Source of the DNA: Nitrososphaeraceae archaeon
GTDB lineage: Archaea; Thermoproteota; Nitrososphaeria; Nitrososphaerales; Nitrososphaeraceae
Reading direction: 5' to 3'
Assembly: GCA_035297365.1 (NCBI GenBank)
Contig: DATGZA010000052.1
Coordinates: 1-24,086 of the forward strand
DNA length: 24,086 nucleotides
In this document: piece by piece, positions 9,373 to 19,579 of the stretch
How the letters are laid out: every line of letters starts with the position of its first letter
Position numbering within the stretch: position 1 is the stretch's first letter
Translations under genes and position numbers: made by a program
Notes under the pieces: model-generated
Database searches by the model: none
Seen by the model: the letters and a program-made list of their open reading frames with translations, nothing else
What the model was told of the DNA's origin: nothing

Positions 9373-9428
9373 AAAATGCATATAAATGTTGAATTATGCG
9401 TATTCAATAGCATTCTTATATACATTTT
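9373..9428 (+). promoter_or_regulatory. Putative ssuA promoter (TATA about 9416-9422) inside an imperfect inverted repeat
   Basis: TTGAAT-N7-ATTCAA core (9389-9407) with outer arms AAAATGCATATAA / TTATATACATTTT; TTATATA lies 20-26 nt upstream of ATG 9442. Confidence 0.4.
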
Positions 9429-9441
9429 AATTAGTTTATTT

Positions 9442-10515
9442 ATGGACAAAAACATTAGATCCAGCGAAAATGCAATCCTGTTAATTATTCTGGGAGTGAT
9501 GATCCTTTTTCCAATATCTCAACAATCATTTTCTCAGGCAGAAGATAAAAAGGTATTAAGAATTGGTTATTTCCCAAACATCAATCATGCTCAAGCAGTA
9601 ATAGGAATAGGAAATGGAGATTTTCAAAAAGTATTAGGTAATAATATTGAAATTAAACCTCTTGTATTTAATGCCGGCCCTTCAGCGATAGAAGCGTTAT
9701 TTGCTAAACAAGTTGATGTTACATATGTCGGACCGAATCCAGCTATTAATGGATATGTTGTGTCAGGTGGTGAAGATATCAGAATAATATCAGGTGCCTC
9801 TAGTGGAGGAGCAGTATTCATTATCAGAGCTGATTCAGGTATAGAATCTGCTAAAGATTTTGCAAATAAGAAATTTGCATCGCCTCAACTAGGTAACACG
9901 CAAGACGTAGCGTTAAGAAATTATCTTATAGAGAATGGATATAAGACGACAGAAAATGGTGGAAATGTTACCGTTCTACCTGCAAAGAATCCAGACATAC
10001 TAACATTATTTCTGAAAAAGGAGATTGATGGTGCATGGGTTCCAGAGCCATGGGGAGAACGATTGATTAAAGAAGCTAACGGAAAATTGTTCTTGGATGA
10101 ACGTGATTTATGGTCTGATGGAAAATTTGTAACTGGTCTAATTGTTGCACGATCTGAGTATCTAAAACAAAATCCTGATGTCATTGAAAAATTTCTTAAA
10201 GCTCACATAGAAGAGACTCAATGGATAAATAATAATAAAGAAGAAGCAGTAAAGGCTTTTAATACTGAGCTCAAGAAGTTAACTGGACAGACAATACCAG
10301 AAGACACATTGAAAGAATCATTGATAAGGCTCGAACTAACTTATGACCCTATACAACAATCACTATACAAATCGGCTAATGATGCTTTTGATATAGGATT
10401 CCTTGGAAAAACGAAACCTGATCTTTCTAATATATTTGATCTAAATATACAGAACAAAATATTAGAAGAAAAGGCTTTAGTTAGCATAAATAGTACGAGT
10501 AGTAGTACATCCTAA
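9442..10515 (+). CDS. ssuA: Aliphatic-sulfonate-type ABC transporter substrate-binding protein
   Basis: LRIGYFPNINHAQA, FNAGPSAIEAL, YVGPNP, PQLGNTQDVALR, IDGAWVPEPW; N-terminal signal/anchor. Start placed at ATG 9442 rather than 9376 because of the TATA position. Confidence 0.9.
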   Translation: MDKNIRSSENAILLIILGVMILFPISQQSFSQAEDKKVLRIGYFPNINHAQAVIGIGNGDFQKVLGNNIEIKPLVFNAGPSAIEALFAKQVDVTYVGPNPAINGYVVSGGEDIRIISGASSGGAVFIIRADSGIESAKDFANKKFASPQLGNTQDVALRNYLIENGYKTTENGGNVTVLPAKNPDILTLFLKKEIDGAWVPEPWGERLIKEANGKLFLDERDLWSDGKFVTGLIVARSEYLKQNPDVIEKFLKAHIEETQWINNNKEEAVKAFNTELKKLTGQTIPEDTLKESLIRLELTYDPIQQSLYKSANDAFDIGFLGKTKPDLSNIFDLNIQNKILEEKALVSINSTSSSTS

Positions 10516-10571
10516 GAGGAAGTGCCCGTCGAATGTTACATAGAACAAATACCAAAAAATTAAAAAATCAA

Positions 10572-10589
10572 GCTGAAAAAATTTTCAGC
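10572..10589 (+). terminator. Inverted repeat followed by T-rich tract downstream of ssuA
   Basis: GCTGAAAA-AA-TTTTCAGC, then T-runs, about 55 nt after the ssuA stop. Confidence 0.3.
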
Positions 10590-11513
10590 CACCTTTCTAA
10601 TTTTTTCATTGTTATTTCTGTCATTTCTTTTCATAGTAACTATCTATGAAACTTTGAACCACGGTTATTCAAGTGAAAAAATCTATCAACTTGAACTTTG
10701 TAAAAAATATGTACTACTTCAAATGGGTAATTGTCTATAATTTTAATTGAATTTGAAAGAATGAACTCGATTAATGTTGATATATTATCCGGTGCCTCTC
10801 GTAAAGGTTTTTATTTTTATACATCGTGTTATAAACGTAGATAAACAATATCATTCAATGGTATACATATTTTCTAGATCATAATTTTTGTTGTTTTTTG
10901 ATAAAAGAATTTTAATTATCAAATTTTCGATTCTAACTTTGCGGCAATACATTATCTATTATATCAAAATTTTTTAGTAGTGAATGTACCCCATGTTTGA
11001 TATACAGAAAACTACAGTGAAGAGTAGCAAATGCATGTGGATACGTGTAGAATCGAACCTTTAAATTAATTTCTATATATATCTAAAATGATTTGGTTTG
11101 ATTTATTAGAAGTTATTAAAACAAAGAAAATACAATTATATAATAAATGATAATAATTTCAAGTTTTTTGACAACCATTCAATAAATGTTATCAATTTTG
11201 TGCTTCCGGTTTAATTTTTATTCAATTCCAAATTTTAGTAAAAGATAATTAAAGAATTATCTAAAAATTAGTCATTAATCTCCACTATTAATTATGGGTA
11301 TGTTGTAATCTTTATCTGGACATATAATATTGCTACGATCATATTGGAAACTACTTATCAGTACTTAGAAAGTATAGTAATATTTTGACTGATAATTAAT
11401 ATATTGATTTATTATCAACAATATTTATAATGTAAACTATAGTAACAATAAAACAGTTAATAACGCTATAATGTTAAAATAAAAAGGCAACGATATTTTC
11501 ATGTTTAAGGAGT

Positions 11514-12719
11514 TTGAAAGTCAATAATTATAATATTCTTAATTTGATAATCATATTAGCTTTATTTTCTATAATAATATATAATAATAATTTTAATTTA
11601 AAAAGAAATGTATTAGATGAATATCATACTTTATTAGATGTTAATACTCATAACAAAAAAGCAGAGGCAGTAGAATTTGCAGGTAATGCAGACAATTCAT
11701 TTGATTATATCTTTGATCCATCTGAATATATAGAATTTGAGGATTCTAAAAATATAACCGATACTGATAACAATGATAGAGAAAATGATACTATATCGAT
11801 GATAGCATTTGATAGATTTGATTCCGACAATGATGATGAAAATTCAAAATCAAACAAAGACAAAGAATCTAACCACAAATCAGATTTCAATTTTGTAGCT
11901 GCAGGAGATTGGGACTGTAATTCTGAAACTAAAGATACTGTAGAAAATATTTTGGAACAAGATCCAGAAGTGGTACTGGCACTAGGAGACCTTTCATATA
12001 ATGGTAAAGCAAAGTGTTGGCTAAACATAATAGAACCAATAGCAGACAAAACTAAAATCGTGATTGGAAACCATGAAACTGATTCATCAAAAATTTTGAA
12101 AGATTATATGAATTATTTTGGATTGGAGAAACAGTACTATTCTTTTAATTATAAAAACGTGCACTTTATAGCGTTATCTACAGAAATTCCATATGAAGAA
12201 GGATCACAGCAATATGAATTTGTAGTCCAGGATCTTGAAAAGTATTCTAAAGATCGAACAATTGACTGGATTGTCGCATTTTACCATAGGCAAGCATACA
12301 GTTCCGGAGGTGGTCCAGACGATGAGGATGATTTTACAGAAACATATCATCCATTGTTTGATAAATATAATGTGGTTTTGGCACTACAGGGACATTTTCA
12401 TGCATATGAAAGATCATATCCAATTACTTCTAACGATGATGATGAAGCTAAACCGATTGTAACTAATACAGACCCAAATACCTACGAAAATCCAAAAGGA
12501 ACAATTTTTGTAACTGCCGGAACTGGAGGAGCACATACTATGAAGATTTCAAAAAGTAAACCATTTTCTGCTTTTGGATTGGACGGCGAATTTGGAATAG
12601 TAAATATTTCTGTAGAAAATGATGGAACAGTATTAAAAAGTTCATTTATAGAGAATAGCGGTGATGAAGATGTATATGATGAGTTTGAGATTATTAAAGA
12701 AAAAACGAAAAATAAATAA
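11514..12719 (+). CDS. Secreted or membrane-anchored metallophosphoesterase (purple acid phosphatase-like)
   Basis: AGD, GDLSY, GNHE, FYH, GHFHAYER and GTGG motifs; N-terminal hydrophobic helix and acidic linker. Confidence 0.92.
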   Translation: MKVNNYNILNLIIILALFSIIIYNNNFNLKRNVLDEYHTLLDVNTHNKKAEAVEFAGNADNSFDYIFDPSEYIEFEDSKNITDTDNNDRENDTISMIAFDRFDSDNDDENSKSNKDKESNHKSDFNFVAAGDWDCNSETKDTVENILEQDPEVVLALGDLSYNGKAKCWLNIIEPIADKTKIVIGNHETDSSKILKDYMNYFGLEKQYYSFNYKNVHFIALSTEIPYEEGSQQYEFVVQDLEKYSKDRTIDWIVAFYHRQAYSSGGGPDDEDDFTETYHPLFDKYNVVLALQGHFHAYERSYPITSNDDDEAKPIVTNTDPNTYENPKGTIFVTAGTGGAHTMKISKSKPFSAFGLDGEFGIVNISVENDGTVLKSSFIENSGDEDVYDEFEIIKEKTKNK

Positions 12720-13061
12720 TAATCATAGTGACATTATTTTCTAGAATAAAGAATTATAACAAATCGTAGAGTTGATATAGATATACTTACACATTTTATC
12801 AGCACACAAGGAGATAAAACACCAAAGAAATACTTTCTAAATATCAAATATAGTAAAGAATTAGCCAGAAGAAATTAAAAGAAAATTGAAGACACAAATG
12901 CCTTAAGATGAATGACTCCTTTTTTGTTTATTTATATTTTTTAGTAATTAAACATCAAAGAAAATATTAGTTATTATATTCTTCAATTATAATTTCTTAT
13001 ATATTGTTTTTCCTTTCTTCGTTTTTTTTTGATGTTAGTTATTATTTTCTTCAGAATAGGT

Positions 13062-13217
13062 CTAATTGAAATGGCGATTAACTACTCCGACTAATAAGTA
13101 AATAATGAATCCCAGTGAAAACGTAGAAAAAGCCTGATTAATTATTTTTGATTTTATGTTCTTAACTAATTTTAATCCGATTCTATCATCTGAAAATCTA
13201 AATTTTATTCGGGACAT
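13062..13217 (-). CDS. Small single-pass membrane protein (51 aa, not in ORF track)
   Basis: MSRIKFRFSDDRIGLKLVKNIKSKIINQAFSTFSLGFIIYLLVGVVNRHFN*; TTTTAATA about 20-25 nt upstream of the ATG. Confidence 0.45.
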   Translation of the reverse strand: MSRIKFRFSDDRIGLKLVKNIKSKIINQAFSTFSLGFIIYLLVGVVNRHFN

Positions 13218-14061
13218 ATCTAATATTAGTAACTATTAAAAAATCAATCTATTATGGATTCTTCTATTTTTTTCTAATTATATTTTACATATATTTTTTA
13301 CTTAAAATTTTATTGGATGAATATTATAAAAGACGTTTTTAATTTGCAAATTCACCTCTTACCTTGAATCGAATTTTATGTATGATCATTTAATTCTATA
13401 TATGAAGAGAAATTGGCTTAAAATTATATACACAAAATAGATTACATTTAACTCCTCTTCTTTTTCGTATAATAATATTATCTATCAAAAAGATTTAGTT
13501 CGAACTGTGAAGTACTAATTGCCCGTTTAATCACAGTCTAGTAATAAACTTGATGTTTTATATAAAATAAATTTTATCTGGAGGAAAATCTGTGTCTCTG
13601 TATAATACATTTATTCTATACTTTGTATAAATGATCCGAATAAACTTTTGTACAAACATATTTCTTTCTCAGCAATGTTGATATCATCGATTCCTTTGTG
13701 GACTGTTTTAATAAGAATTCCGGTTCATATATGTTTAATACCCTAGTGTATTTTTGTTTCATCTATTACAAAATTATTGGAAATAAAATAAAAATGTAAA
13801 AACAAAAATATCTTATTTCTCATGAAATAGATCATTTATTAGATTCGAAATTGTTATCTAAGTGAATGTCATTAAATTAACAGAGACAGAAAATAGTCTG
13901 GGCTATCTCAAGAATAAAATAATAGTTGCATGATATTTTTGAAAATAGTGCCTTCTGGATTTAAGAAGAATTTATTAATTTCGGTTTATTACTCTCTTTA
14001 CCTAACAAAGTCAGTAGATTTATAGTATAATAAAAATTAAGAAATCTTTAAAAAGTACGCT

Positions 14062-14505
14062 TTAACTGATAGGCTCTCCACTTGCGACTATCTTGTAATC
14101 ACCTAATTTATTAAAAGCAATAACTTCTGTAATATCGAAAGGCACTTGTTTATCCGGTTTTAAAATGTAAGCAGGAGAAGTAATAAAATGATCGACTTTT
14201 TCTAATAAAACTCCATTTTTATCATAATATTCTGCATGAATTTTTATTTCATGTAAATCATCTGTACTATTATTCTTTATATCACCTTTTATTTCAACTA
14301 AATTAGTTCCGCCTCTATCTACAAGAAAATTTTCAATTGTCAAATTTATCTTATCGACTTTTATAGTAGCAGTACTATTTTCTGAGGAGGTTTGTGCTTC
14401 TATGTCCAAACTAAAAAAAGGAAAACTAAATGAAACCAACGACAAAATAGAAATATATCGAATTTTTTGATATTTATATGAACTAGACAGTATATTGCTT
14501 ATCAT
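14062..14505 (-). CDS. FxLYD-domain exported protein
   Basis: Signal peptide; I.G.IKNNS, I.AEYYDKNG.L, LKP....PF pattern. Confidence 0.8.
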   Translation of the reverse strand: MISNILSSSYKYQKIRYISILSLVSFSFPFFSLDIEAQTSSENSTATIKVDKINLTIENFLVDRGGTNLVEIKGDIKNNSTDDLHEIKIHAEYYDKNGVLLEKVDHFITSPAYILKPDKQVPFDITEVIAFNKLGDYKIVASGEPIS

Positions 14506-14820
14506 GCTAATTAATTTATGGAAGCAGAGTATTTAAATTAATTGAAAATTAAATGATTGTTCATAATTCTTTGTTTTGTACTACGCAAGTCGTAAAGAAT
14601 TTTAATGAAAATACTCACAGATAATTTATTATTATTTATAATGGGTTCAGTTTCTGATATAATTTTTTATTTGGCGCCTAATTCTCATTTATATATTCGT
14701 AAAAATGATCTGATTAACAATATATTACAATATGTTTATTATGCTCTTCCGGTGATCATCGATAAAAGATAATCCTTAGTCAACATTAATTCTATAATTA
14801 TATATCTAGTGGTAGGAGAT

Positions 14821-14958
14821 GCTGTGCTGTAGTTGTTCCCAACATATTTACCTGACCAATTCTAGTCACAATAGGTGAGAAATTAGAAGAATTATAATAA
14901 ATATTTATCTAGGAGAGAAGAAGTATTATCTGATTTTGATGCTATTGATAAATGGGAT
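14821..14958 (+). mobile_element. Second, more eroded IS5-family left-end remnant
   Basis: Reads VRN*KNYNKYLSRREEVLSDFDAIDKWD. Leader TATTTACCTGACCAATTCTAGTCACAATA aligns with CATTTAGCTGATCTATTTTAGTCATATTA of the 4478 copy. Confidence 0.65.
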
Positions 14959-15320
14959 TATCGATTTTGTTATCAACCTTCAGAATTAAATCCAAACATG
15001 TACATTTGCTAGTATTACTAGAAAATATACTAAGAATTAGACTCAACAATAAAGATTAATTTAAAAATTTTCTCTATAAAAAGGTAAAGTGTCTCTTATC
15101 CTTGAAAATTGATTTGCCATATTTGTAGAATATAGCAAAGTAGATCTATTAGAGTTCTAGCCAAGAAAGTACAAAAATAGAAAGAGCATTTTAGAATTGT
15201 GTATGTTGTATTTCTGATAAGTCTAGTACGATTTCTAGAATAGCAAAAGTCACAAAGATGTGCTTATATAAACATGATTTAACAAGCTTATTTTAATCTA
15301 TATTACTTGTTCTTTCTGGT

Positions 15321-15998
15321 TCAAACTAAAATACCTCTAATTTGTTTAAAAATATTGGTCCACATAGACCAAGTTAATTTTCCGGTGTTGGTATTTTGTT
15401 TGCTTGGATGATATGATACTATTAATATCTTATTATTATCCATATGGTACATTAATCCATGCTTAAATTTTATATTTTTAATATTATGAATGTTACAAAA
15501 TTCATCAAAAGCTAATTTCCCTAAAGTTAGAAATATTTTACTATTTTTACTTAATAGTTTTAATTCTTTAGTTAAATATTCATTACAGTTGCTAATTTCT
15601 ACTGGCAACGGTTTGTTTTTGGGTGGAGCACATTTTACTATAGAGGTCACATAAACATTGTTTAATACCAGTCCATCATTTATATAATTGCTAAGAGGTT
15701 GATTACAAAAATTATATTGATATAAAACCTTCACAAGCCAGTCTCCGGAACTATCTCCAGTAAACATTCTTCCTGTTCTATTTCCTCCATGCGCAGCAGG
15801 AGCTAGACCGATTATGATTAAACCAGCATTTATGTCTCCGAAACCACATACTGGTTTGGACCAATAATCGAGATTTCTATATCGTTTAACTTTTTTGTTT
15901 TCAACATTTTTAATATATTCCGCCAATCTCAAACATTTTTTACAATTTATAATTCTTTGATTTACAAGAATTAAATCATTAAAGGGGTCCTCAGACAA
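15321..15998 (-). CDS. udg: Uracil-DNA glycosylase family 5 (UDGb-like, 4Fe-4S)
   Basis: GLAPAAHGGNRTGRMFTGDSSG, CKKC, VKCAPP.NKP...C, YHPSKQNTNTG. Confidence 0.93.
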   Translation of the reverse strand: MSEDPFNDLILVNQRIINCKKCLRLAEYIKNVENKKVKRYRNLDYWSKPVCGFGDINAGLIIIGLAPAAHGGNRTGRMFTGDSSGDWLVKVLYQYNFCNQPLSNYINDGLVLNNVYVTSIVKCAPPKNKPLPVEISNCNEYLTKELKLLSKNSKIFLTLGKLAFDEFCNIHNIKNIKFKHGLMYHMDNNKILIVSYHPSKQNTNTGKLTWSMWTNIFKQIRGILV

Positions 15999-16067
15999 TA
16001 GAAATACATTACATTAATAAAATTTAATCTTATGGACAATGGTAATTGTGAGAAAATATATAAGAAA

Positions 16068-16532
16068 TTAATTAATTTCTATTGCTGAATGTAAGAATCT
16101 AAACCTCTTATAATCATCTAATATAATTTTTGATAGATGTTTAGTTATATCACTTATACTTAATATTCCTATTACCTTATAATTTTCTTCCATTACGGGA
16201 AGTCTTTTTATTTTATTTTTATTCATTTTCTTTGTAGCAGAATCTATTGAATCATAGGACATTATTGTAATAATAGGAGAAGTCATTATTTCTTCACATT
16301 GTATTTTATCTGGAACAAGATTTTTAGCACAAATCTTTCTTACAATATCATGCTCAGTTATAATTCCAATCGGTAGATCCTTGGAATCCAATACTATTAC
16401 AGATCCAACATTCTTTTTTATCATCAATTTAGAAATATGTAATGCACTTAAATTTGAATCCAGTCTTACGGTAAGAACACTCTTATTTGACATTATTTCG
16501 CTTACTGCACTCATAATTTTATTGTGAATCAA
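16068..16532 (-). CDS. CBS domain pair protein
   Basis: VGSVIV...PIGIITEHDI and IKRLPV...VIGILSISDI. Confidence 0.92.
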   Translation of the reverse strand: MIHNKIMSAVSEIMSNKSVLTVRLDSNLSALHISKLMIKKNVGSVIVLDSKDLPIGIITEHDIVRKICAKNLVPDKIQCEEIMTSPIITIMSYDSIDSATKKMNKNKIKRLPVMEENYKVIGILSISDITKHLSKIILDDYKRFRFLHSAIEIN

Positions 16533-16609
16533 GTCATTTTTTTAGTTAACTAATGTTAATCTCATAAACATACGCTAATAATACGACCTCTAAAAAAAGA
16601 TTATGTTAG

Positions 16610-17443
16610 TTATAAAATAAATAAATAAATAAATATATTTAGTTTTAAAATCTCAGATAGAAATATAATGGCTGCAACTATCGCTAGAACTATTCCTATT
16701 AATTTTTTAAGATTTATTGGACCAAGACGATTTGTATATCTAGCTCCAAGAAACCCACCAATCATTGCGGAAGGTCCTAAAATAATTAAATAAAGTAAAT
16801 TCACTTCGTTGCTAACGACATGACCAATAAATCCGAATGTGCCCATAATTGCTGATGTAGCCATATTAGTGCCAACTGCTATTTTTGGTTCAGTTTTAAG
16901 AATTTTTATCATTATAGGAAGTCTTATACTACCAAGAACAAGACCTACTAATCCACCAAGTAGTCCTACAAAAAAACCTATACTTGATTCAAGAACTATA
17001 TCATAATAAGGATTTTGCTTTAGCGTTTTTTTTTCTAAATTTAATTTTACTTTTCTATTTTTGTTTTCTTTTAACAAGATTACTGATTCGTAAAATATTA
17101 TTAGTGCCACTAGGACAACAAAAAAATGAATCGGTACATTTTTTGTTAATAATGCTCCAAAAAATGCACCGATTGAACCAGTTACAGCCATTATTAGAAA
17201 AATTGAGATAGAAATGTTGTTGTTGCGTAAATGCTGTATTGATGCAGTAATAGCACCCAATGTACTCACTCCTATATTTGTACCAACAGATTCTGTTATA
17301 GAAATTCCAGTAGACAAAATAAATGGTAATCTCAAAACTCCAAGAACTAGACCCACCATTCCGCCAATAAAACTAATGATGAATCCAACAGAGGATAAAA
17401 CTAAAACACCAAATAAATCCAGCTCAATACCGAAAGTTAACAT
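16610..17443 (-). CDS. tauE: Sulfite exporter TauE/SafE family membrane protein
   Basis: Two internal repeats GG.VGLVLG..RLP...VGTN; GS.GAFFGA and GGFLGA helices; about 8 TM segments. Confidence 0.88.
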   Translation of the reverse strand: MLTFGIELDLFGVLVLSSVGFIISFIGGMVGLVLGVLRLPFILSTGISITESVGTNIGVSTLGAITASIQHLRNNNISISIFLIMAVTGSIGAFFGALLTKNVPIHFFVVLVALIIFYESVILLKENKNRKVKLNLEKKTLKQNPYYDIVLESSIGFFVGLLGGLVGLVLGSIRLPIMIKILKTEPKIAVGTNMATSAIMGTFGFIGHVVSNEVNLLYLIILGPSAMIGGFLGARYTNRLGPINLKKLIGIVLAIVAAIIFLSEILKLNIFIYLFIL

Positions 17444-18098
17444 ACTTAGAATATAAAGTTATTTGATTTATAATTAGCACTAAAAAAATAAATATATGTT
17501 ACAATTTGCTTTTCAAATAAAGACAATATTTCGAAAACCTGGATTAGTGTTTGAAGATAGTGTGTAATATTTTGATTCTAATTTTAATACTAATATTATA
17601 ATGAATAACCTTTCCAAAACGACTATGATTATAATTAACATTATAAGAACTAATAAAAAAGTTCAATTTGATATTTGAAATGATACTTTTGATTTAAACT
17701 GTTTTAGCAGTCCTAACAACTATAAACGAAACAAAGTTTATGGAAATAGTACAAATATTTTAGAGATTTACATAACAGAGAATTTATCTTTGAGAAAGTG
17801 GGCAATGTAACCTACATTAATTTCAGTAGAAATAGAACCATGTACAGTTACTTTTATTATTGATAATGATTCTTCTCTTTAATTTGCGATCTCGTTAAGA
17901 TAGTTAAATTTGACTTAATTCATTATTCTTATAGCCAATCCAAAGATGAGACCATGAATATTATGAAATCGTAATATCAACAATAATATAATAATGGGGT
18001 TTTTCAAACGACAGTAAATAAATGTTTATGATAAAAATACAATAATCGACCTATAGTTGATTCAACTGGAAACAATTACTCTACTCTTTCCTTTTCAC

Positions 18099-18132
18099 CA
18101 AATTTTCATTACGTTCAAATTTTCATTACGTT
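18099..18132. repeat. Perfect 17-bp tandem duplication
   Basis: CAAATTTTCATTACGTT x2. Confidence 0.9.
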
Positions 18133-18520
18133 TTAAGATATTAATAAAAATCTGTTAATTTGCCGAATGCTACCAGAAGGAATAATATCACCCAAAAAGA
18201 AACCGTAACTGAACTTATATTAGGTACATTAGACACATATAATCATTTATCTAAAATATATTTTCGAATGGTAAAGAGGATATCTGTCAAACAATTATCT
18301 ATTTTCGTTTTGTATCTTAGATTCATCAAGTCAATTTTCAAGTTATCTAATATCCTATATTTATTTTTTCTAAATACTTGATTTCATACAGAAAGCAGTT
18401 ATTTGAAAGTATGTCAACCTCTTCTTTTTCATGAATTATTATTTCAATTTTCTTGCAGAACCTTGATATAGACTTTCGATTTTAGGGTTGTCTTATTGAA
18501 AAATATTGAGATAAATTATA

Positions 18521-19397
18521 CTACATTGGATATGGTATTACCAGTACTTCAGAATTTTTAAATTTCTTGATAATAGCCGTTCGTATAACTTTAACAATTT
18601 CATGACTATCTTTTAGTGTCGAATTCGGATCTAACTTGATGTGAACTTCAATATCAAAAGAATAACCTAATGGTCTTAACAAAACCTTTGATACAGGAAC
18701 AGAGAAATTCTTTTCCACAATGTTCTTGATATTGTCAGTTAATTGCGGACTGGCTACTGCATCCAATAATACAAATGTAGATTCTTTCAGAGCTACATAA
18801 GCCATAAAAAATATGTATCCTGCTATTATGATACTTCCAATTGAATCCATATATGGTATCCCAAAATATCCAGCAAGGACACTTGCAAATCCAACAAATG
18901 ACGCAGATCCATCCTTAATTGAATTTTTTGCATCCAATTTCAGGGAGATTAAATTATACTTTTTAGCAATATTGTGTACACGAAATGCTCTATGTAGTGA
19001 TATGATTCCTGCTGCCAGTAGGTTATCAAGGTTATTTCCGGATATGTAGTCTCTACTGGATGTAGTATTCTCTCATAAGCATTGTATATAATGAACAGGC
19101 CCAAGATAATCACTACGACTGCTGCAACAAATGCGGCAAAACTTTCTACCTTTGCATATCCGTATTGAAATAATCTGTTCTTTGGTTTTTGTATCATGTA
19201 AATTCCAAACCATACGATAAATGAGATTAGTGCATCAGCCATGGAGTCCAGACCATCTGCAAAAAGAGTTAGGCTAGTTGTATAAAATGAGACAAGTAAT
19301 TCTGCTATATACCTATTGTTAATAGCGTCCACATTGAAAGCGAAGCTGCATTTCTTCCCTCTTGAAATGCTAAGCTAGGTGACGAAGATTCACTCAA
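18521..19397 (-). pseudogene. Cation diffusion facilitator (FieF-like) with two frameshifts (or assembly errors)
   Basis: From TTG 19397: MSESSSPSLAFQEGRNAASLSMWTLLTIGI, +2 nt (TA repeat at 19306-19311), AELLVS...ADGLDSMAD...FQYGYAKVE...ITLIT, -1 nt (about 19020), LAAGIISLHRAF...LDAKNSIKD...EVHIKLD. Joins the two listed ORFs into a CDF of about 291 aa. Confidence 0.85.
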
Positions 19398-19579
19398 GAA
19401 TTAAATAATATTCATTTTATTCAAGCAAATAATAATCTTTATTTTATTATGATTTATAAAAAAATCTATATAGATATCATCTAAATACCAGAAAAAAGCC
19501 AGAGATATTTAGAAATTATTTTGTTTGTAAAAAGAAAAAGAGTGTGGTATATTATCTTCTGTTGTATGATGACCTACTC

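Noticed and set aside
12235-12462. 75-aa same-strand ORF inside the phosphatase
   Set aside because: Alternative frame of a well-supported gene.
13616-13762. 48-aa minus-strand ORF (MKQKYTRV...)
   Set aside because: No motif or supporting signal; within chance length.
18160-18381. 73-aa TTG-start ORF
   Set aside because: No recognisable features; probably non-coding or decayed sequence.
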